64,000 bases of DNA from Balanoglossus misakiensis (lineage: Eukaryota > Animalia > Hemichordata): assembly GCA_040954595.2 (NCBI GenBank), contig CM082594.2, forward strand, positions 5,897,862 to 5,961,861, given 5' to 3'. The position numbers and the translations under genes are program-made. This document shows, piece by piece, positions 42,101-52,961 of this stretch. The first letter of the stretch is position 1; every line of letters begins with the position of its first letter. The notes below the pieces were generated by a model. It saw only the letters and a program-made list of their open reading frames with translations, was not told the DNA's origin and did no database searches.

Positions 42101-45100
42101 AATAAGACGTGTCACGTGATTTGTTTCTCCTCCGGTGCACTTTATTCCCCGACCAAGCCCAACGCTAAGGTAAACTAATTTCGAACACAAAGCGCCGTTG
42201 TTTGACAAGGTTAATCAGTTGCCCTGTGTGTTATAGCAACTGGGACGACTTAAATCACGAGGGTCAAAGGTCGGAAGACATCGGCAGACATCAACCATGG
42301 AACAATAATGAATCTCTATTCAGGATTCGTGTCTTGAAGAAATTATGATTTCTTTGGAAGAATAGGAAACAACTGTCCCTATTTACTGCATTGTCGAGCC
42401 GGCCTTTTTCAAAAGATCACGCTCATGTCTTATTTGTTTCTCAAATGTAAGCTAAGGTCAGAGGTTACCGTCCACTCACAGGCTGCATCCCTCTCTTACA
42501 GATGCGGGACTTGGAACACAATCACATCGTGAGGTTCGTTGGCGCATGCGTGGATTCTCCACATATTGCCATTCTTACGGAATATTGTCCCAAAGGGAGT
42601 TTACAGGTAGGGAAACCAACCATCCATCAAACCAACCAACCAACCAAAATATATCGAAAATCGAAGTTATATTGTTTAATTTGGAATCAATGACTTTTTA
42701 TTGTCTTGCTGTTTAAACTGCAGGACATTTTAGAAAATGACGTCATCAAACTGGACTGGGTGTTCCGCTACTCCCTCATGTATGACATCGTAAAGGCAAG
42801 TATTGAACTGCAACACGCAGACAAAGATTCAAACCCACCCCTTTCAGTAATTTAGCATGCATGAAAATTTACCCTACAGCTACATGTAAGAGTATAGCTT
42901 AGTTCACTCACTGGCGTGAAAACCTTAAAGGTATGACTACGGAATATTCAACCCAGTCTTTTTAGTCTAATTAACTACGTGGAACAACACATAATCTGAA
43001 TTGTCGTCATAAGTGTATATAGAAGTCTTGGCCCTACATTAGTAGCAACGAGAACGGTGTAACCATGGATAGTTTCCAGGAATTCTAAATCCCAGTTATT
43101 TATGTCCGTTAAGATGATACAATTTATGTTATGTTGAGAACGTAATAATGTGTGGTCAAAGTTTGTGAGAAAGTATTTGAAGGGGACGCTTTCACTGTTG
43201 ATTAGGGTCAATTGCATAAAGAAACTGTTCGGAATAAATTAGTCACAGACAGACAGAGACTGGAAAATGTCAACACTGTCTCACTCTCTTGTAAGGCTAC
43301 TTAACTTACCCAGAACCCTTTGCGGGCGGGGTAATTTGTATGGCTATACACATATTGTATGATGCCTTGCTTATAACTATAATTATTCCCCGTCAATTTC
43401 TGGGAAATGTTTGTCTACGCTTTCTTAAACCTCATATTGATGTTTCAGTAAGATTTCTCCAATCACAAAATACACAAAATCCTTAGAGCTCACATATAAT
43501 TCAAGATAATGGCTCGTTCTCTCTGAAGCGTAACCAGCCAACTCAATGACATCAGCAAAATGTTGGCAGCTCACTCAGTGTTACCATTTGCAGGATGAAA
43601 TTACCCCACAAACAATATTTCGCAACGCAATTAAACTCACCTTAATGTCTCGTAATCGTCGCGATTATTTTTAGAATCGGCCCCCGTGCCCCGCCCTCTC
43701 GCATAGGCGATATCTCCGCCTGCTCGTCATTTCAAGACTTAGATAAGAGTTTTCATCCGCAGAACAGAAATCTATTTTCTCAATTAACCTTTGCCTGAGT
43801 GCTTTTAGCATGTTCATTGCAAGGCTTGATGAGTTCTACCTCAGTCTAATGACGTTCATTTGATGCAGGATCCTCAGTAGGAGGACCATAAGGTCTTATC
43901 TGGAGACGAGTGTTACCAACTCATATTGTGATTAGGTAGTTAAGTTTTGGACTTGGTTGTAGCAGCAGCCATGCATAAAAAACATACGCGTGTAGATCTA
44001 CAGGGTAGAAATAGAAATGCTTATTTTTTTTTGCTAGAAAAGGGAATTTCTTCACAGAAAAAGAAACATTTCTGTCTGTATCTGTCTGTCTGTCTGTCTG
44101 TCTGTCTGTGTGTCTGTCTATCTATCCATCTGTCTATCATGTATATATGTATGTCAGTCTAGACGCTACACTTTTCCAAATTCTCCCACACAATACTGCA
44201 ATATTCAATACTTGTTAATGCCGACATCTTCCACTTTCCCGAACAGGGTCTGTATTTCCTGCAGCACAGCTCCATCAAAGTACACGGCAATCTGAAATCT
44301 TCCAACTGTGTCGTCGACAGCCGTTTTGTACTTAAACTCACCGACTTCGGTCTGCAAAAGTTCAAGGAAGACAGCAGGGAAGCCGAAGAGACACACGCTT
44401 ATTATCAGAGTAAGTGATTACATAAAGGTTCATCTTCTACTTTTCGCACTTTCCTTTGGATTCATTTTCTTCGCCACGAGGCATGCGAGACACTTTGGAA
44501 ATAAGAAAACGAAGTAAAGGTTGTGTCGTCATTGAAACTGTCACGTGGATTGCCAGTGTGACACAAAATTGTTAGCATCGAGTGCAGACCTTTTACTGTG
44601 AGAAGATTACTGTAACTATTCGCGCGGATATGGCTGGCCATTATTCTGATGAACTGCCTCGTTGCACAGTTCCAAGAAAACAGACACACCATTAATTGGA
44701 TTCGCTTACAGTATGGCTATGTCCTGTGATTGTTGTTCCACAGACTGGCTGGAAACTGTTTACTATCGAGGGGGTGAAAAAAGACAACATTCTTTCAAAA
44801 CTTACCATCTGGTGTAAAGGCATTTATTTAACGCGTTGTGGTATATGGCATTCATTGAAGATCGTGAGTCATTTCAATGCCATCTCCAGTAGTACTTTAT
44901 ATCACTGTCTTTTTCTACATAGGTCTTGAGGGATAAAAAAAAAAATACTCTATGAATTGTGTGCAACGTGAACAAAAAGCGTAGTCCCCTATATAACATG
45001 CTCCAAACAGTAATCGCTGTGTAGTGAGTACTTGCTGACTACTGTAAGGATGTCTCTATGATAAAATAGGAGGGGGGAGGGGGGAAACATCGCCCCAGTT

Positions 45101-48100
45101 TTCTCCACTCGGCATTCAGATGACAGTGTCGAAGCCTGGGTCTGCTTATATTAATGCATGTTACCGACATGTCTAACGTATGTCAGGGAAATGATACCGA
45201 ACCGGTCTTTGTTTAGTGCGGTGGTTTCATTGATGGAAAATCTGTCGGGGGAAAACGCGCCATACGCGGCTACATTGTTGGAGTCGCGCGGCCCAATTTC
45301 CTCTTCACACTGATGAATAGAACTTTTTGAATTTTTTCCACCGTCTGTGTCACAACATTGATTATTTGCATTCAATTTTCAATACCCACTGGTACCAGTG
45401 TTAGCATTAATGTTCAATCAGAATAGCATGTTTTTTGCGTGTGCATATGACTTTGTGACTAGTCGTTCTATAGCTCTAACCGCCCCCAAACTCAGAGTCC
45501 AATTCGGTGGTTTATCGTCAACAGCTCTTTGTTCCTGCTACATCCACATTAAAACAGATCATCCATAGGTTTGGAAAAGTTACATGAAGACTGCTAATCT
45601 TGAATCGCCTAACTTCAAGACTTAGCAATCTGCCTAAACATTTACCCGAACTTCTCGGGTGGAAAACTGCCTTCGTGCGAAATATGACCGCTTTGGTTAC
45701 TGCTTTGCCTTGCTTAGCTTCTATTCTCTTTAAAATCTTTTAGAGGTACCCGAGAATATGATTGGCCTACAAGAGTTCGTGAGAGTGCCGCATAAAGGTA
45801 TTGACCAATCACGTTCTCTGTTACTTCTAACACTTCGAGCATCTTGTCTTTAACACTTTCCTCCAAATGAACAGTGTCTCTTGTATCCCCGGAAAAAAAT
45901 ATTTGAAGAATAGGACCACCGTGACATCGACACCATTACCATTACGTGTGCATGTGTTGAGTGAACTTATTTTGCACGTTCCCCCGTCACAGTAATCTTT
46001 CTAATTCAATGTGCCATTAGCATCCATTAAAGCCTCAGTAGTTGCATCTGTCGAATGAGTTTCGTGGTTTTAGCTTCAGCCCAAGATTATCTTGTATTAT
46101 TTTGCTCTCTGTAGATACATGTATGTGCCTGCTTGCCATTTCACTAAATGTAGAAACTATCGCGATACACTTAACTGTGGAGGTTAAGATGCAGTGTGGC
46201 CGAAATATGGCAGTTTTGAATGACGTCATTTCAAAATGGCCGGTTGAATTTAACGGTAGACACAAGGCACGAGGTTTCCAAGTATGTCGCTGGTGCACAA
46301 ACAAACAGCGTTTTTACAGCCTATTTTGTTTGGTAGCCAAGGGAAGTAGTGTAAAATTGTGTGTAGTTTGGGAGAGAGAGAGGGGGAGATGCAAAATGAT
46401 TCAGCTACTGGGGCTTTATCTAAGAGATTTTACCACCGTTGTATATCCTTTGTAAACATCTACTGCGTCATCATGTGTTCTGATCGATGGTTCGTGTTTG
46501 CTGCGGGTGATCACTATTTGGGTTGCCGCCAAACGCGCTGGCAGATTAGCGTTTTTATCACTGAGTATTCCAACAGTCTGCTGAAATTTCTCTTGACACA
46601 ATCAGAAGCAGAGATCAAAAGTACCCATCACCCATTTTAACAGAATCTGCGGACATGGACAGGGAAGATAGCCAGTCGTGATTCGCAAATACGTCACGTG
46701 ATACACCGCAGATTAGACAGCGACAATATGGCGGAGACGCTTTCTTCTGTGAGAGGTTCGCAATGACCTATCAGTGATAAGCACCTTGTGAACGAATCCA
46801 TGTTTCTTTCTTTACCACCACTCAGAACAACTGTGGCGTGCACCGGAACTGCTGCGGGACCCCGGCCGCAAGTCGACCGCGGAGAGCGACGTGTTCAGCT
46901 TCGGAATCATACTGCAGGAGATTGTGCAGAGAAGCGGGCCGTACGAGTCGTCGTCGTGCACTATGGGTCCCGAAGGTCAGTTCAGACTAAACGTCCTGAC
47001 GTTGACAAACATGAATATTGCTGCGAATCAAGATCATCACCACCGCATATCTTACAATTATAGTCGAATATCCATCGATTGATTTGTTAATCGGTTAATT
47101 AGTCAGTCTCTCGACCAATAGATAGTTCGGCCAAAAGCCAATCACTCAATCACAACCAGCCGTTGGGGTCGCCCTGCAAGCGTTGTGCAATGTCTTACCG
47201 TCCAACGTTCATTATTAAACACAACACAAAAACCAGACAAATATAGTTATTCTCCACTAGACATGTTGGTGTTTTCACCATTCACAAAGGTAAACGAAAA
47301 ACACCTTGTTCAGAACATGCAGAAAGTTAAAAATAACTGGCAATTGACGCATGCGTAAATCAGAAGACAAGAACAAAATTGCCATGTAGTCAACTGTGCC
47401 CCTCTGAGTATTACATTGATTTGATTATTCAAACGACTGACTTTACCACCCTTAAGTCATCCGCACCGTTAAATTCGTAATGAGCGTTAAATTTTTGATG
47501 CGCGTGATCTCCCAAACTCCAGTTTTAATTCGATTTCGCTTTTAACACGTTCACATCTTCTGCTTTGACTGGTCTTCTGTTCCACAGAGATTGTGGAGAG
47601 AGTGAAAAATGTGGAGACTCCTCCCTTCCGTCCAACGGTCAACAAAGACACTTGTCCGTCAGAAATCTTCAACCTAATGGACCGCAGTTGGGCTGAACTT
47701 CCATCCAACCGACCAGACCTCAACGAAGTGAGAAATGTCGTCAGAAAACTAAATAAGTAAGTGGTGCGAAACTGACGAATTTCTTATTCGTGATGGCGCT
47801 CTTCAACAAATCACAATTCCTTGGTTTATAACTTATCGTCAACTTCTCAATGCATTTGCCTTTTCAGAAACAGCGACAGTGACAATATTTTGGATAATTT
47901 GTTGCAAAGAATGGAGCAGTACGCCAATAACTTGGAAAGTCTTGTAGAAGAACGTACCGAAGCCTTTCTTGAAGAAAAACGAAAGTCTGAAGAACTATTG
48001 TATAGCATCTTGCCAAAGTGAGTATATATGCTTGTGTGTATTATGTGAGTGTTTTGTCTTCCTGGATATGTGCGCGTGCGCGTGATGTGGATTGATTCTG

Positions 48101-51100
48101 AACAATTATCAAAATGAAACTCGAATGTTAACTTTGACACGGCTGTTTGGTAGAAAACGCTTGACCTGCCACGGTATATTGTATACGTGGCACATGAAAA
48201 CAGGTTTATTTTTAATACGGTTCGTTATCTTTTATATTTTCTCTGTTAGTTCTGTTGCGAAGCAACTGACCAGTGGCCAGTCAGTGGAACCGGAAAGCTT
48301 TGAGATGGTGACCATCTATTTCAGCGATGTGGTCGGTTTCACGAAGCTGTCTGCCGGAAGTACACCCATGCAGGTTGGTGTGGCTTTATGTTTTTATCAT
48401 CCTGAAATCCGCGAGGAGAATCACATGTGTAGCTTAACATCACCTACACCAACTGTTGGAATGCATGGGAAAACTAATTTTGAATGGGTTTACAAATTGG
48501 AAGTTGGGTAATCTTTTGCAAACACTGACAACAAAAAACACTACATGCAGCTGTGTACCCCCAACATCTGACCAGCAGGATTTGCTCGACGCGCAATATT
48601 ACTCACAGAATAACTGCTTTTGAAAGGGCTATTTCCTTTTCGAAACCTTCAAAATGAGACCGCCAAAGTAATGGAAAAAGATGCGCTACTGAGGCTGCAA
48701 TGATCGTGAGAACAGTTATTAATTTCAGACCTACCGGGGCTGACGTAATGCTAACTAAACACAACCGCTGCGATCGAAGTAGAAGTTAATGTAACTCGTT
48801 CCGGCGGGTTATCCGTCTGATATGATAGGTATTTTCTGTCGGTGAAGAATTCAAGAAGTTGTAACCCTAGGGGGCGCAAAACATACACGTCATCCCTCCA
48901 GGCATTCAGCATTGTACTATTTGTCTTCAATTTATTTTTTTCCAGGTTGTTGACCTGCTGAATGACCTTTATACGTGTTTCGATACTATCATCAACAACT
49001 TCGATGTCTACAAAGTAAGTATGATGCCAAATAACAGAGGAACGCTGAAAGGTTCAGTTTGATCGTGGTGTGCCGGCGCTCCGCGACCTCCGTAGACTTG
49101 GAGCGCCCGCACACGTCAAGTAATTCTATCAGGGTAGTATAGAGGGCGCCAAAACTTAGTCAAATAACTGAGGCATAGTTTAGTATTCACACTTAGTACT
49201 TTTTTCACGTGAATAATACCAACAGATATAGACACTTTGCCAATTTAATCCCGATTTGGTGTTTCCTGAAAATCCGGAAGAAGACATAGAAAACACCAAG
49301 CCAAGAAATGTCTTAAAGAACCCAGTTTTAGTGTCTATTGTCACCTTACTCTTTATTCTATAATTTCACAATTCAGGTGGAGACTATTGGGGACGCGTAC
49401 ATGGTCGTCTCCGGTCTCCCCCAGCGCAATGGCAGCCGACACGCCCGAGAAATCGCCCGGATGTCTCTGGCGCTACTGGACGTTGTCGGCACCTTCCGTA
49501 TACGACACCGCCCGGATGACAAACTGAAGCTGCGGATAGGAATACATTCAGGTCAGTACAGGCTTACCGAGGACTCTAACTCTGCGAATGTACACGCACA
49601 ATATCCCGACATTTCACAAGATCATCATACTGAACCGAGAGGACCTGTTTAGACCCCGGATATGGATTAGATCATCCCTTATAAGCAGAACCGGCTTTAG
49701 AAATTACCCCATTTCAATCAACATCAGCCAGTAGGAGAAACTAGGGCTGGTTCATAAAATACGCCTTCTAAAATTAGAATATGAAAATTACACACGTTCC
49801 TTTGAAACGCCCGTGTCGCTACACAATTATGGGAAAAATAAAATATTTCAAAAACCATTAGTGACAAAATTAAGCTGTCACCGAAGTAGCTGTGAAGCAC
49901 AGTCAGGCCAATTTGTTAATAACGTCTTGACAGTTGATAAATTGATATTAATCATTGGTAAAACTTAACTATCATATGTGTCATTTGATTTGCGATGATA
50001 AATTACAACGGTGTTATTAATGATAATGTCATACGTATGCAGGCAATCTTCGCTTGATTGGGTGCCTTTATTTCATTTTCCCTAATTGTAACTGTGTACA
50101 TTATTTATCGTTTGAAGCGACCCCATGTCCATTTGTTCATGTTCAGTTTTTAATTCCAATACTGAGAAAGTGAGTATGCCGTCAATGATGTCATCCTCGC
50201 TTTAATTTGCATGGTTAAATGCCATAGATGTTACCTTTGAGAATGTTTCGGCCATTTTTGGTTAGGTGTATCCAAATATTTGTTACCCTGCGTTTTGTCA
50301 ACACTGCATGTGTGACATGGTTTATGTTGGTGGCGTTTGCCGTATTGAAAGTTTAATTTGGTCCGGACTGAAATGTATTCGCACAATGACTGTCTCTTGT
50401 GTAGACATGATTAATACTGGCCACTTAAATATGTCCTAGGGGATAGAACAAGAAACTGCGTTTTATACACTGTTCTGAAACACTGGAAACATTCTGACAA
50501 GATAAGCTACTGAAAGTATTCATCGCCATCGGGGCATTTCTCTGCACTGAGAATCTGATGCGTTGCTTGTGTTGGTGGGACATCGAACCATACAGTGTCA
50601 AAGTCACCTTCATGATGGGAAAGTAAAGTACTAATATATTAAAAACCAGCAAACTCATTTGTGAATGCTTATTACCTGTCATCTCTCTTTTATATAAAAA
50701 TGTATAGGCCCGTGCGTGACGGGGGTCGTCGGTGTGAAAATGCCACGGTACTGTCTCTTTGGCGACACCGTAAACACAGCCTCCCGAATGGAGTCCAACG
50801 GAGAACGTAAGTAGAAAAAAACAGTCACAATTTTCTTCAAAGCAAATTCACTCATTAAAAAGTTGATTTCCGAGCGCTAATGCATGGGAAAATATAGGTA
50901 TACTATTAGTACATATAATCATAATTATATAGATTTGTGTATTTATGTATAGGTTTTCTGAGGGATGATTTACCTGTGAAAGGTCACGTCCATCGCTGTG
51001 ATTTATACTTTAATTATGAACAAGTCCCATGAATCTATCGATGGCAGGACTGCCCGAAGGCATAAGATAATTGCCCGATTTATTTTCGCCCCTTTCCATT

Positions 51101-52961
51101 AGAACCCCCCTTTTTAAGACTTTGTGTGTGAAATGGAACTTCGAGTACAGGCTATTCTGTTAATGGATTTGTCAGGCAACGGGCAGTGTCATGACTTCCC
51201 CGCATCTCACATGGCCATTGTAGTATTCATTTTGTGTCGACAATTTAGGTCATAATTAAATTTATTAAACGAAACGAGTGTTAGTGGGGATGTCTTTAGA
51301 TTATGACTTGTAATGCATGGATATGAGAAAAAAAAGAATAATGTAATATCAAACTACTGATCCATTAGCTTGCGATGTCCTTGAACATACAAAAATCCAA
51401 TTATCTTTTAAAATCTAATGGGTCCTATATCGCTTTAACCCCCCTCTAGCTTTGAAGGTACACGTGAGTTTAACGACGAAAATGATACTGGACACGTTTG
51501 GGACATTCATCCTGCAGCTAAGAGGTGAAGTCGAGATGAAGGTGAGCAGATACCCGTTGTTCGAGTCTTGCTTCAAAATCACGGTGGTGTTTCAAAGACC
51601 GTGCGATTTTATTCCGTCATCGACGTAAACAACTGAGCTGTATGCTGCAGCATCGCTGGCATGAGCTCGTCGGCAAAGCTATGCGTGTGACCCACGAGAG
51701 TGGGCTGTTCCCGTAGAGGCACTGTTAATTCTTGAGGCTATTAGAAGAAATGGTGCTATAATTGTATACGTGGCATGAAATATGCAAATTTCAAGCCACC
51801 TGACCAAACAACCTGATGAGACACCGCCATATTTCTTGTAGAAATGTATGCCAACTGGTACAGCAGTCGTTTAATTATAAAGTTAGCTTAGCGCGAGAAG
51901 CTTTTTTTAAAAATCAAAGTGCCATTCATCTTATAGTGTATGACAAATGTCAGTTAACAGTTTATTGTTACCACAAATCATACCCGGAGGTGTTTTAGGC
52001 ATTTTTTTCAACTGCCACGGTGTTCAGGAAAATCGAAGGAATAGGCTGCGCTTGCTGTCATCAGATTAAATTAAATAATTTCTAACGTGAGCTGCGCTGG
52101 CAGACAGACCATGATGAACGATCTGGGACGGCAACCATGAAATTGGACTGATTAGAAGCCAGTGGGAATTGGTGACACAATTTTGCACCGAAATGACCCG
52201 TGAACTTCACCGCACTCTGGTTATTTGTCAAGAGAATTAGCAACGGGTGAAACGCGATCAAATTGAAAGCCATTAATAAAAGCGGTTGATTTAGTGGTAC
52301 GTATTTTCATGTATCAGAATCGCGAGTTCTTAAGTGGAAACTCGGTTAAAATAAACACCCAGTCAAAGACGAGAGCCTAACACACCACCGAACGTCTCGA
52401 TTGTTTGTTATACTGTACACATAGAATATGTCTCCATTTAACATCTATAAATATGGCGGACGAAATCAAGCAGAAATTTGATTGGAAATAATTGTCGCTA
52501 AACTGCCGCAAGACATCTTGCCGCACTTTGCCCCTTTTCTCCAGCTGATGTTTTACTTCGATAACTACGATTTCATGCATGGAAGGACAATCACGAAGTT
52601 CCTCTCCTTATTTACATTTGCAGAATTGTTTCAACAGCGTTCAGAATGATATTGGCCACGAGGCATTTTGATATGAAAAAATTAACATTATTTTAGACGT
52701 TCAATAAAACTAGCAAGAAAGGGTAACGATCGCTCCCCTTAACATGCACACTCGGCAGTTCAGAATGCTGAGTCAGGAGTTTCGAATGTTTCCACATCAC
52801 TTTCTCCAGTGCTACTGGGCCACCGTGAATATAGCATTAACGCGAGTTCACTTCTCTCACAGGGCAAAGGCAAACAGACCACCTACTGGTTGATGGGGGA
52901 ACGACCATCGTCGGCTTCGTCAGCGCGACAGGACAGTCGAACAACACTGAAGTCTTCGTAG
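10104..52961 (+). CDS. NPR1-like: Receptor guanylyl cyclase, natriuretic peptide receptor family. Spliced CDS: one of two alternative first exons plus 20 shared exons; 1070 aa with exon 1A, 1071 aa with exon 1B
   Basis: Manual splicing gives one continuous frame: signal peptide, ANF-receptor extracellular domain, TM helix, kinase-homology domain ([23 protein letters not shown]), coiled coil ([17 protein letters not shown]), cyclase ([28 protein letters not shown]). Shared exons total 2510 nt; adding 703 or 706 nt gives a multiple of 3. NPR1 versus NPR2 orthology cannot be resolved by eye. Confidence 0.96.
12051..12057 (+). promoter_or_regulatory. Candidate TATA box for exon 1B
   Basis: TATAAAG followed by GC-rich bases, about 260 nt upstream of ATG 12309; octamer ATGCAAAT at 11699-11706. 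Confidence 0.4.
12309..13014 (+). CDS. NPR1-like: Alternative first coding exon 1B: signal peptide plus N-terminal part of the ligand-binding domain
   Basis: caagATG at 12309; [27 protein letters not shown] signal-like segment; motifs [38 protein letters not shown]; donor TCG AGA A|GTAGGT, phase 1. Confidence 0.92.
15893..15997. repeat. (CTGTA)21 microsatellite
   Basis: Perfect pentanucleotide repeat. Confidence 0.97.
16756..16938. mobile_element. piggyBac-type MITE, 183 bp
   Basis: TTAA|CCCTTTGAACGCC ... GGCGTTCAAAAGG|TTAA; 12/13 terminal inverted repeat (TIR) match, TTAA TSD. Confidence 0.75.
20883..21102. mobile_element. Degenerate PIF/Harbinger-like MITE, about 220 bp
   Basis: TAA|GGGAGAATCATTTTATTTCTTGGGG... 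pairs imperfectly with ...CCCCCAAAAATCAAATGGTTCCCTCC|TTA. Confidence 0.5.
26040..26090. repeat. Imperfect (AACCA)n microsatellite
   Basis: aaccaaaccaaaccaaaccaaataaaccaagccaaacc... Confidence 0.8.
30170..30232. repeat. (GGA)n/(GA)n polypurine tract
   Basis: Compound purine-rich simple repeat. Confidence 0.9.
30655..30950 (+). CDS. NPR1-like: Shared exon 2 (extracellular domain)
   Basis: tttcag|TC ATC GTC; (I)[15 protein letters not shown]...[11 protein letters not shown]...[12 protein letters not shown]...YEDDV|gtgaga. Confidence 0.95.
32490..32625 (+). CDS. NPR1-like: Shared exon 3 (extracellular domain), GC donor
   Basis: caccag|[46 protein letters not shown]|gcacgt; 136 nt. Confidence 0.9.
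33235..33329 (+). CDS. NPR1-like: Shared exon 4 (extracellular domain)
   Basis: tttcag|(G)[31 protein letters not shown]|gtgagg. Confidence 0.95.
34263..36485. mobile_element. Non-autonomous foldback DNA transposon with long modular inverted repeats and a 6-bp TSD
   Basis: Begins TGTATCACCCCAATATGTAATAATTAACCC and ends with the exact reverse complement; arms (about 34263-34800 and 35693-36485) are built of TAACCCAATATGTAATA modules; GTGCGG lies on both flanks (34257-34262, 36486-36491). Confidence 0.92.
37174..37306 (+). CDS. NPR1-like: Shared exon 5 (juxtamembrane Cys motif)
   Basis: ttgtag|[45 protein letters not shown]|gtaagg. Confidence 0.94.
37967..38150. repeat. (TG)n plus (TATG)n microsatellite
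   Basis: About 40 perfect TATG units after a short TG run. Confidence 0.97.
39021..39132. repeat. (ATG)n microsatellite
   Basis: Trinucleotide repeat with a short GGT interruption; intronic. Confidence 0.97.
39304..39388 (+). CDS. NPR1-like: Shared exon 6 (transmembrane helix)
   Basis: ttttcag|(E)[29 protein letters not shown]|gtacgt. Confidence 0.94.
40107..40248 (+). CDS. NPR1-like: Shared exon 7 (intracellular juxtamembrane)
   Basis: tcgcag|(R)[20 protein letters not shown]...SKSQVSR|gtaagt; weaker in-frame donor after 40239. Confidence 0.9.
40502..40688. mobile_element. TTAA-targeting MITE (Kolobok-like ends), 187 bp
   Basis: TTAA|AGGTATACAGTCACC ... GGTGACCGTATACCT|TTAA; 14/15 TIR match; a related end (ttaaaggtatacactcac) sits at 32081. 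Confidence 0.78.
41261..41338 (+). CDS. NPR1-like: Shared exon 8 (Ser/Thr-rich start of the kinase-homology domain)
   Basis: gttcag|[26 protein letters not shown]|gtaatg. Confidence 0.88.
42011..42088 (+). CDS. NPR1-like: Shared exon 9 (kinase-homology domain)
   Basis: acacag|[26 protein letters not shown]|gtaagt. Confidence 0.95.
42502..42606 (+). CDS. NPR1-like: Shared exon 10 (kinase-homology domain)
   Basis: ttacag|[35 protein letters not shown]|gtaggg. Confidence 0.95.
42724..42795 (+). CDS. NPR1-like: Shared exon 11 (kinase-homology domain), GC donor
   Basis: ctgcag|[24 protein letters not shown]|gcaagt. Confidence 0.93.
44071..44140. repeat. (TCTG)n/(TCTA)n microsatellite
   Basis: Imperfect tetranucleotide repeat. 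Confidence 0.85.
44247..44409 (+). CDS. NPR1-like: Shared exon 12 (kinase-homology domain, pseudo-catalytic loop)
   Basis: gaacag|[39 protein letters not shown]...HAYYQ A|gtaagt. Confidence 0.95.
46826..46975 (+). CDS. NPR1-like: Shared exon 13 (kinase-homology domain)
   Basis: actcag|(K)[39 protein letters not shown]...MGPE G|gtcagt. Confidence 0.95.
47588..47756 (+). CDS. NPR1-like: Shared exon 14 (end of kinase-homology domain)
   Basis: ccacag|(E)[17 protein letters not shown]...[29 protein letters not shown]|gtaagt. Confidence 0.95.
47868..48017 (+). CDS. NPR1-like: Shared exon 15 (dimerisation coiled coil)
   Basis: tttcag|(K)[51 protein letters not shown]|gtgagt. Confidence 0.96.
48250..48373 (+). 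CDS. NPR1-like: Shared exon 16 (cyclase domain)
   Basis: tgttag|(N)[41 protein letters not shown]|gttggt. Confidence 0.96.
48946..49014 (+). CDS. NPR1-like: Shared exon 17 (cyclase domain)
   Basis: ttccag|[23 protein letters not shown]|gtaagt. Confidence 0.96.
49377..49551 (+). CDS. NPR1-like: Shared exon 18 (cyclase domain)
   Basis: attcag|[34 protein letters not shown]...[10 protein letters not shown]|gtcagt. Confidence 0.96.
50708..50806 (+). CDS. NPR1-like: Shared exon 19 (cyclase catalytic motif)
   Basis: gtatag|(G)[33 protein letters not shown]|gtaagt. Confidence 0.96.
51450..51541 (+). CDS. NPR1-like: Shared exon 20 (cyclase domain)
   Basis: ctctag|(P)[30 protein letters not shown]|gtgagc. 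Confidence 0.95.
52863..52961 (+). CDS. NPR1-like: Terminal coding exon 21
   Basis: tcacag|[32 protein letters not shown]; tandem TAG TAG at 52959-52964. Confidence 0.95.
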   Translation, partial: GKGKQTTYWLMGERPSSASSARQDSRTTLKSS

